In this document: one piece after another, positions 28,945 through 35,203 of the stretch
Position numbering within the stretch: the first letter of the stretch is position 1
How the letters are laid out: each line of letters begins with the position of its first letter
Source: a virus
Strand: one strand, 5' to 3'
Virus record (IMG/VR): IMGVR_UViG_3300025655_000033
Coordinates: 3,202 to 67,201 of that record
DNA: 64,000 nt
Position numbers and translations under genes: made by a program
Notes under the pieces: model-generated
What the model was told of the DNA's origin: nothing
Databases searched by the model: none
What the model saw: the letters and a program-made list of their open reading frames with translations, nothing else

Positions 28945-29205
28945 TTAATCTAATAATATCATGTAAGCTTCTGCGTTTGAATGCCTAAACCAGTCTAGTC
29001 CTTTTCTAAATTCAGAGTCTATTTTTTTATTAGACTTACGCATTTCAATTAACCATTGAGCACCGAGTATAAAATCATACATAGACAATTCGTTGTTGTT
29101 TAATTCCGCTTCTGCTCCTGTAAAAGGATTTTTAACAGTATCACCAGTTGTGTATACTGTGCCTTTAAACCATTTGGGTAAACCCATTTTTTCTTTTGTT
29201 TTCAT
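28945..29205 (-). CDS. Hypothetical protein
   Basis: 86 aa ORF in the early/middle operon. Confidence 0.65.
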   Translation of the reverse strand: MKTKEKMGLPKWFKGTVYTTGDTVKNPFTGAEAELNNNELSMYDFILGAQWLIEMRKSNKKIDSEFRKGLDWFRHSNAEAYMILLD

Positions 29206-29207
29206 AA

Positions 29208-29555
29208 TTAAAATTTGTGTGACATTTGATTATTTACATACCACTCATTCCATAAGTATTCCCAACTGTCGCTGTCGTCGTCTAATTCGCATGCGTCAAG
29301 TATGTATTGATCAACATATATATCAGATCCTAAATTAATAGCGGATTCAATTTCAGATTGGAGCATAGCAGCTTCCAAGTATATATCTCTATCAGGTATA
29401 ATATTACCCCAATCAGCTTGATCCATAGCTACATATATATCATGACCGTCTGCTGTCATTATTGATTCAAAAGATACATCATATCCAACTCCACCGTGCT
29501 CGGTATCAATTGTTGATCCTGATTTTTCAAGTACTAGTTTTTTGTAATGTGACAT
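29208..29555 (-). CDS. Acidic hypothetical protein
   Basis: 115 aa, Asp/Glu-rich. Confidence 0.6.
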   Translation of the reverse strand: MSHYKKLVLEKSGSTIDTEHGGVGYDVSFESIMTADGHDIYVAMDQADWGNIIPDRDIYLEAAMLQSEIESAINLGSDIYVDQYILDACELDDDSDSWEYLWNEWYVNNQMSHKF

Positions 29556-29658
29556 AATTTAAAATATTAAGTTAAACATTGATTTAAATACTACAAACAC
29601 AAGTAGTATTACATTCATAATTATCCAGGCCATTATTATTTTTTCTATTGGTCTCATA

Positions 29659-30264
29659 TTAATGGTATATTAGTCCGACTTTATTAGTCTTATTAAACCA
29701 TCTGGTTGCATATAGATCATTCTCAGATGCATTAGCATAACCAGCAGCAACTAATTCGTCTGCGGTTTTAAAGATCTCTGTATGACGATCTATGGACTTG
29801 TCTATAAGATCGACTTGCTTGCCTGAATTGCTAAATATAAAGTCATAGTTATTAGGTATATCGGCTTTTTTAACCATGTCGATCATATTGGTATAACTAT
29901 AAAAATTTACTTGTGGATTTTGCTTTGCAATTTGAAACCACTTAGCTAAATACTCACGTGAATAATAATCACCGCTGTCGTGCACTCGTACAAACTTAGG
30001 TTTTTTGCGCTGTATCTCGGCGTGTATAGCACTTATGAAGTCGTCTGTTTTACTGAGCTCATAACGTTTCTCGAACGCAGGCTTAACATTACCCCATATG
30101 TACGCGCCTTTACGCGCATAACAGAACTTAATACAACCATCTGCCATAGGACAAATAACTCTACCTGTTATACTTTTGTAAGCTGGTAGGCCAAAGTTAA
30201 CTACTTTAACACCCATAAGCTTGCTAGTCTTTTTTAATTTACCGTTTTGTGTTAATAACTGCAT
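29659..30264 (-). CDS. Gp88-like radical-SAM-related phage protein
   Basis: 'CPMADGCIKFCYA' Cys cluster, 'VRVHDSGDYY', 'FYSYT'. Confidence 0.75.
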   Translation of the reverse strand: MQLLTQNGKLKKTSKLMGVKVVNFGLPAYKSITGRVICPMADGCIKFCYARKGAYIWGNVKPAFEKRYELSKTDDFISAIHAEIQRKKPKFVRVHDSGDYYSREYLAKWFQIAKQNPQVNFYSYTNMIDMVKKADIPNNYDFIFSNSGKQVDLIDKSIDRHTEIFKTADELVAAGYANASENDLYATRWFNKTNKVGLIYH

Positions 30265-30584
30265 AATACTTCTTGTAACTTATTTGTTAATTCATCTATA
30301 AAATCAGATGGCTCTGTTTTACCGCCGATACTCCATGTTGTTAGATCTTTTTTAGTATAGCTTTCACTGTATGTTTTCCAATCGTACAATGTATACATAT
30401 TATCATTGAACTCAAATACCCATTCGTATTGAACTTTGCCATCACCTGAATCATCTGGTGAATAAGTTGGTGCGCCAAAGACAAGTATTAGATCATTGTA
30501 GTAGTAGCCGTGTAATGAACCTACTTTGTGAGTGCCATGTGTTGCTGATCTCCAGTCGGATTCGTGTTTAGTTAGTTTTTTCAT
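30252..30584 (-). CDS. Hypothetical phage protein
   Basis: 110 aa; 'FG.P....DGKV..EW...TLYDWK...WSIGG'. Confidence 0.65.
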   Translation of the reverse strand: MKKLTKHESDWRSATHGTHKVGSLHGYYYNDLILVFGAPTYSPDDSGDGKVQYEWVFEFNDNMYTLYDWKTYSESYTKKDLTTWSIGGKTEPSDFIDELTNKLQEVLCSY

Positions 30585-30585
30585 G

Positions 30586-30774
30586 TTACCAAGTTTTAGT
30601 TAAATGTGTGTTATAGTATTGCTTTAATGTTTTGTTGAATAAATCCATTGCAGCATTGTCTGTTTCTTTGATTAAATCTTTATCGTAAAGCATTTCTAAT
30701 AACTGCTCGCTAACAAAGTCACATGTTAACTCATAAAGATCACTAGATAATTCTTGATACAGTTGCTTGTTCAT
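30586..30774 (-). CDS. Hypothetical early protein
   Basis: 62 aa ORF directly downstream of a promoter motif. Confidence 0.6.
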   Translation of the reverse strand: MNKQLYQELSSDLYELTCDFVSEQLLEMLYDKDLIKETDNAAMDLFNKTLKQYYNTHLTKTW

Positions 30775-30815
30775 AGTTATAATATTTAATTGTTATACAT
30801 ATATTATCGTTAGTG

Positions 30816-31046
30816 CTACGTATTATTTTTGCAATACTTTTCTTCATAAGCTAATAAGTATTCAATTTGCTCTTTAATATCACGGAACTTTCTTTTTACC
30901 TGATAGATCAATGGACCTTGGTGGTATGGATTGTCTTGATTAGTTTTAAATCTTACGTACTTGGTTTTAGGGTAGATACCTGCCCATTTACCGTTTGATA
31001 GTGTTACGTATATATTACCTTTTTTTGTTACTTTAGTTATTTCCAT
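30816..31046 (-). CDS. Hypothetical early protein
   Basis: 76 aa ORF. Confidence 0.6.
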   Translation of the reverse strand: MEITKVTKKGNIYVTLSNGKWAGIYPKTKYVRFKTNQDNPYHQGPLIYQVKRKFRDIKEQIEYLLAYEEKYCKNNT

Positions 31047-31300
31047 AATTATTTTATCTTGTTTTTGCGTGTGTATAGCACTTGTAATAGATCTGAAGCT
31101 TTATACATATCTAACTTTTCGTTAGTGTCTCGCTTGTGATCTACTAGTAAATGCAAGCCATCTATTAATGAGTCTAGTTGTTCTGAGTTAAAAAATAAGT
31201 TCATCTTCGTCTTCGTTATAAAATTCAGCGTGTTCTTTGCAGTCGGAGCAAATATCCGTTTCAAACCATGGCGATGCGCCACAACAGTTACTTTCCATAA

Positions 31301-31600
31301 TTAATCTTTTAAATATTTACGTAATTCTCTATCTTCTACTTGTAATAAGAAATCCCACAATAAATTATAAAAATCTTCCATATTATCCCATTCACATTCG
31401 TCGTGGATAAAATTCCACTTATCAGATAATGGTACGCCAACATATCTTTCTATAGTTTCTTTATCAAAGTGAAAATCATATGTTATCTTTAGGTATATAT
31501 CTCTTAACACTTCGTCAGCGTCATTGAAGGATAACCATTTTAATAAATGTCTTTTTAATATTTTTCGTTCTTCGTTATTTAATAAAATTTCTTTAGTCAT
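31301..31600 (-). CDS. Hypothetical early protein
   Basis: 99 aa ORF downstream of promoter motif at 31629. Confidence 0.6.
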   Translation of the reverse strand: MTKEILLNNEERKILKRHLLKWLSFNDADEVLRDIYLKITYDFHFDKETIERYVGVPLSDKWNFIHDECEWDNMEDFYNLLWDFLLQVEDRELRKYLKD

Positions 31601-31925
31601 AATTATATTGTTTTAATTATTATACATATATTATCTTAGGTGCTACGTATTATTATTGTAAATTAGCAAGGATCATTTCTACTAGAAAATATGCGCCTGA
31701 TATTATAGCTGAGGTTGCAGCGACAAATAGTACGCATGACCACGTGTATAGCATAGCGTTAGTTATCTTATTCTTCATCTTGTATTTCTTTTATTATATC
31801 TGTTAATTCTTCTAAGTTATTTAAATGGTAGTGTGAATGGTATTCATCACCTAGTTTAATAGTGGTATCTATTAAGTCATTATACTCTGATCCAGTGAAC
31901 CAGATTTCTATGTTTAATTTCTTTG

Positions 31926-32195
31926 TTAACATGACGCCCAACCTATAAAGTGATATTTATCTTCTGTTTCAAAGTACACACACTCGCGTTTGCTTATTTT
32001 ATCTAAAGCATCATCGTAGTGCTCATCGCTTTCGGGTTCTTTAATTTCGCCTGATAAACTGCATGTAGCTATAGTGCCAGAGTAAGGATCGTGGCCATAC
32101 TCATATACTGCGTCTTCTACTAGTTCTCTAAACGCTTGCTTTGCGCTTTCATAATTCTTTTTTAATACTGATTGGTGAAAGGATGTTGCTCCCAT
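31926..32195 (-). CDS. Hypothetical early protein
   Basis: 89 aa; 'YEYGHDPYSGTIAT', 'FIGWASC'. Confidence 0.65.
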   Translation of the reverse strand: MGATSFHQSVLKKNYESAKQAFRELVEDAVYEYGHDPYSGTIATCSLSGEIKEPESDEHYDDALDKISKRECVYFETEDKYHFIGWASC

Positions 32196-32214
32196 AGTTA
32201 TATTATTTTAAGTG

Positions 32215-32376
32215 TTAGAAATAATCTTGTCTAATAAAGTTATTAATTATATTGTGTACTTTAATTTGATTAGTTAAAGCTAATGAGTTAAACTCTTCAT
32301 CGTGTTTCCAATTCTTTAAGTCGCTTTTATCTTGCCACTTAGTGTAAATCTTGCGTGCGATTTCTTGATTTGTCAT
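32215..32376 (-). CDS. Hypothetical early protein
   Basis: ORF from MTNQEIARK with TAACT-ATG start context. Confidence 0.5.
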   Translation of the reverse strand: MTNQEIARKIYTKWQDKSDLKNWKHDEEFNSLALTNQIKVHNIINNFIRQDYF

Positions 32377-32383
32377 AGTTATA

Positions 32384-32560
32384 TTATTTAGTATTGTTAT
32401 CAAGTGCTCCGTTATAAAATTCTTCTTCAAGTATATTAACTATTGCTTCCATAGCTAATACTGCTTCGTATGGCGTAGCATAAGGTGTATTCTCATACGC
32501 TATAGCTACTTTACCTATAGATTCTATTATTTGTTCTTCAGTCATAGGACACTGTCTCAT
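32384..32560 (-). CDS. Hypothetical 58-aa early protein
   Basis: Hand-translated MRQCPMTEEQIIESIGK... Confidence 0.5.
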   Translation of the reverse strand: MRQCPMTEEQIIESIGKVAIAYENTPYATPYEAVLAMEAIVNILEEEFYNGALDNNTK

Positions 32561-32718
32561 AGTTTATTTATTTTATTAGATAAAGCGTATGCATCTAGTG
32601 CTTGCTCTATAATATTTATAATTTCTAATTTACTTGCATTATTTTCTTGTGCTTTATATAATATATAGCGTATATCACTGATTAATTCTTCAGTTTCTGT
32701 AAGATTTTTAGTGGACAT
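32557..32718 (-). CDS. Hypothetical 53-aa early protein
   Basis: Hand-translated MSTKNLTETEELISDIRY...; ATGA coupling. Confidence 0.5.
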   Translation of the reverse strand: MSTKNLTETEELISDIRYILYKAQENNASKLEIINIIEQALDAYALSNKINKL

Positions 32719-32720
32719 AG

Positions 32721-32924
32721 TTATTTAATGTATGTTAGTGATAAAAATGCGGCGGATATAAAGGTTAAGCCATTGTAGTTAAACCACTCGCGAACTGCAG
32801 AATCTTTTGCTACTTCGGCGAAATTATTAGGTAAGTTAGATACAGTGAAACCTATGTAACGCTTGCGATTTGAGCGTATTAGAGGTAATTTAGAGATTTT
32901 AGTAGTTTTAATAGTTAAAGACAT
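32721..32924 (-). CDS. Hypothetical early protein
   Basis: 67 aa ORF downstream of promoter motif at 32962. Confidence 0.55.
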   Translation of the reverse strand: MSLTIKTTKISKLPLIRSNRKRYIGFTVSNLPNNFAEVAKDSAVREWFNYNGLTFISAAFLSLTYIK

Positions 32925-33087
32925 AGTTATATATTTTAAGTTATTAATTAATGTATATTTATATTATCAATACTATAACGTATTATTATTGTAATGAAGG
33001 TGGTTTATTATTTATTAATAGAGAAGGGTAGAGGGATATAATACTCTGTCTCTCTACGCAGAGATATAATTCTCCTTACAGAAAAGT

Positions 33088-33131
33088 GTGACATTAGCTA
33101 GTTAAATAGTAGGGTAACAGGCTATTGTCAC
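33088..33131. promoter_or_regulatory. Dyad element copy 2
   Basis: GTGACATTAGCTAGTTAAATAGTAGGGTAACAGGCTATTGTCAC. Confidence 0.75.
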
Positions 33132-33238
33132 CCCTTTAATTTGTCTAGTGATTTCTCTAATTCCATTATATATTCCACTAACTCGTTTTTATCCCACTCC
33201 ATTAGTGCTGAGTATTCGCTTAAGATCATTGCTTGCAT
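33128..33238 (-). CDS. 36-aa early peptide
   Basis: MQAMILSEYSALMEWDKNELVEYIMELEKSLDKLKG, ~20 nt downstream of promoter motif at 33259. Confidence 0.5.
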   Translation of the reverse strand: MQAMILSEYSALMEWDKNELVEYIMELEKSLDKLKG

Positions 33239-33308
33239 AATTATTTATTTTATATATATATTATCTTATGGTGTACGTATTATTTTTGTTGAGCGCAAGT
33301 GTATAGCA

Positions 33309-33539
33309 TTAAGAGATAATTTCCCTTAACGCTACTGGAACACTTGTTGAAGAAGTATAGCTTTTATATTTAATAAAGCAAGGCATCACTTCGAGTTTCG
33401 CTTGCATAATTTTATACGCTTCGTCGTGATTGTAAGTTACTTCTTTTCCACTTTTGAATTTCACTTTAATAATAGTGTTAGAGCCAATAAGTGATTTTCT
33501 AATTAAGAATCTTTTTGAGTTTAAAGTTGAATTTTGCAT
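33309..33539 (-). CDS. Early protein, paralog 1
   Basis: 76 aa, close paralog of 34040..34282. Confidence 0.75.
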   Translation of the reverse strand: MQNSTLNSKRFLIRKSLIGSNTIIKVKFKSGKEVTYNHDEAYKIMQAKLEVMPCFIKYKSYTSSTSVPVALREIIS

Positions 33540-33773
33540 AGTTATTTAATTTAAGTTATTAATTATTATTTTTTAGTTACATATATATTATCTTGTAGCG
33601 AACGTATTATTTTTGTCGAGCGTAGCGAAGTGCTATACACGCCTGGCTGCGTTAACTATATTGCATGACGGAGTCTACTCTTCCGACGCTATTTCAAAGT
33701 CAGGCCTTATATATTATCTTAGTAGCAGCGTATTACTTTTGTAATCAAACGCTCCTGTAGAGTTTGTGAGGTC

Positions 33774-33953
33774 CTATTTAAAAGACCTCAACCATTCTGA
33801 AATACCATCATAGTATTCCTTCATTACAGGTGACTCAGCACATGTATAATAAGGTTTAGAGAACATTGCTTTAGTTTCTCTACCTAGAGCATTACTATAG
33901 GTTATAGAGTAATAGTTTGATCTTGGATTGTCGGTGATTTTAAATGGTATCAT
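33774..33953 (-). CDS. 59-aa early protein
   Basis: Hand-translated MIPFKITDNPRSNYYSITY...; directly downstream of promoter motif at 33971. Confidence 0.55.
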   Translation of the reverse strand: MIPFKITDNPRSNYYSITYSNALGRETKAMFSKPYYTCAESPVMKEYYDGISEWLRSFK

Positions 33954-34039
33954 AATTATTTATTTGTATATATTATCTGAAGTTAAACGTATTCTTTTTG
34001 TAACCAATTGCGCCTGTTCGCGCTGTGAGGTGTTAAGTA

Positions 34040-34282
34040 CTAAGAGACTGATTTGTCCCTTAGCACTGTTGGTATTGAAGTACTTGATGTATATGATTTG
34101 TATTTGATGAAGCATGGCATTGTATCAAGCTTGTCCTTCATGATTTCATATGCTGCATCATGGTTGTATTCATATTGCTTACCTGATTTGAATGTGACTT
34201 TGATGATCGTGTTTGTACCGATTAGAGATTTTCTGATTAAGAATCTTTTGCTTTCCATAACTTTTTGAGTTGAATTTGACAT
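34040..34282 (-). CDS. Early protein, paralog 2 (first gene of the leftward arm)
   Basis: 80 aa; shares SKRFLIRKSLIG...MPCFIKYKSYTSSTS with 33309..33539. Confidence 0.75.
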   Translation of the reverse strand: MSNSTQKVMESKRFLIRKSLIGTNTIIKVTFKSGKQYEYNHDAAYEIMKDKLDTMPCFIKYKSYTSSTSIPTVLRDKSVS

Positions 34283-34730
34283 AATTGTTTGATTTAAATT
34301 TATATTAATTATTAATTATTTATTATATATATATTATCTATATGCAAGCGTATTTTTTTTGTTCGCAGTCAAAATGCTCAACAATACTCGTGAGGTTGCT
34401 TCGCTGCTTACATATATATTATCTACTCGCAAGCGTATTTATCTTGTAACGCACATACTGGAATCAAAACGCGCAGTAATAGTCGTGAGGTTGTTTGTCA
34501 ACTAGTATATCTCCAGGAAAAAAGCTAAAAGCTAGGGGTATTTCAACGTAAAAGGCAAAACATAAAACGCAAATCATATAAAACACGGGGATCCCGGTCA
34601 TTTTGAAACGCAAAAGGTTTTTGATTGATGTTGTAGAAAAGTAGGGGTAACACCCTACTCCTATATTTGTTACAACTTTTTTACTCTACTCCTATATTTC
34701 TAACAATTTTTTTTTAAAAAATAAAAAACT

Positions 34731-34774
34731 ATGACATTAGGCTGTTATATTAATGGGTAATAGGCTATTGTCAC
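34731..34774. promoter_or_regulatory. Dyad element copy 3
   Basis: ATGACATTAGGCTGTTATATTAATGGGTAATAGGCTATTGTCAC. Confidence 0.75.
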
Positions 34775-34808
34775 ACTGTAAAATACGATGCTTTCGTGTG
34801 AATATATA
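34773..34808 (+). promoter_or_regulatory. Rightward variant of the promoter motif
   Basis: AATACG-N10-GTGAATATATA, 25 nt upstream of the first rightward ORF. Confidence 0.55.
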
Positions 34809-34832
34809 AAGTATACAAAAAAACACTAAAAA

Positions 34833-34928
34833 ATGGCAGCAAACTTAGGAAACGAGGCAGTTACAGAGATGTATTTAGGAAGCGAGACGGTTACAGCTGT
34901 GTATTTAGGTACAGAACAAGTATTATAA
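34833..34928 (+). CDS. 31-aa peptide of (Y)LG repeats, tail-fibre accessory-like
   Basis: MAANLGNEAVTEMYLGSETVTAVYLGTEQVL; 30-bp internal repeat. Confidence 0.6.
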   Translation: MAANLGNEAVTEMYLGSETVTAVYLGTEQVL

Positions 34929-34931
34929 CAC

Positions 34932-35186
34932 ATGGCAAAGCAAAAATTATCAGCAGAAGCGCTAAAAGCTAAAAGAAGACGCGATTTAGCGGCGGCAAAT
35001 TCACCGTTTAGGCGAGAATTACGTGCAGATAGCCAAAGAAGGAGAAGAGCTGCTGAAAAAGCTGGTAAAGACATCGAAGGAAAAGACTTTGACCACAATA
35101 CGGGTAGGTTTGTTTCATCTAGTTATAATAGAGGAGGCACACAAGTAGGTGGTACCGATGGTACTAAGGCAGAAAGCAATAGATAA
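34932..35186 (+). CDS. Small basic HNH-like protein
   Basis: 'GKDFDH...VSSSYNRG' compact HNH-type signature after an Arg-rich helix. Confidence 0.55.
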   Translation: MAKQKLSAEALKAKRRRDLAAANSPFRRELRADSQRRRRAAEKAGKDIEGKDFDHNTGRFVSSSYNRGGTQVGGTDGTKAESNR

Positions 35187-35203
35187 ATTAAGAAAAATAT
35201 AAA

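Larger units (their letters stand above)
28455..34447 (-). promoter_or_regulatory. Ten dispersed copies of a putative phage early promoter, RCA-N5-AATACG-N10-GATAATA
   Basis: On + strand TATTATC-N10-CGTATT-N5-TGY at 28455, 30802, 31629, 32962, 33259, 33586, 33712, 33971, 34332, 34417; invariant spacing; 8 of 10 lie directly upstream of - strand ORFs. Confidence 0.85.

Noticed and set aside
33276-33289. TATTTTTG on + strand as a Bacteroidota -7 promoter element
   Set aside because: The TA is not conserved in most copies and the orientation is opposite to the adjacent genes
33620-33710. tRNA gene
   Set aside because: Multi-arm fold, but no T-loop GTTC motif, canonical arm lengths or CCA; kept only as an sRNA candidate
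28455-34447. Repeated motif read as a CRISPR array
   Set aside because: Spacing is irregular (85 bp to over 2 kb), intervals contain ORFs, the repeat has a variable internal 10-mer, and no cas genes are present
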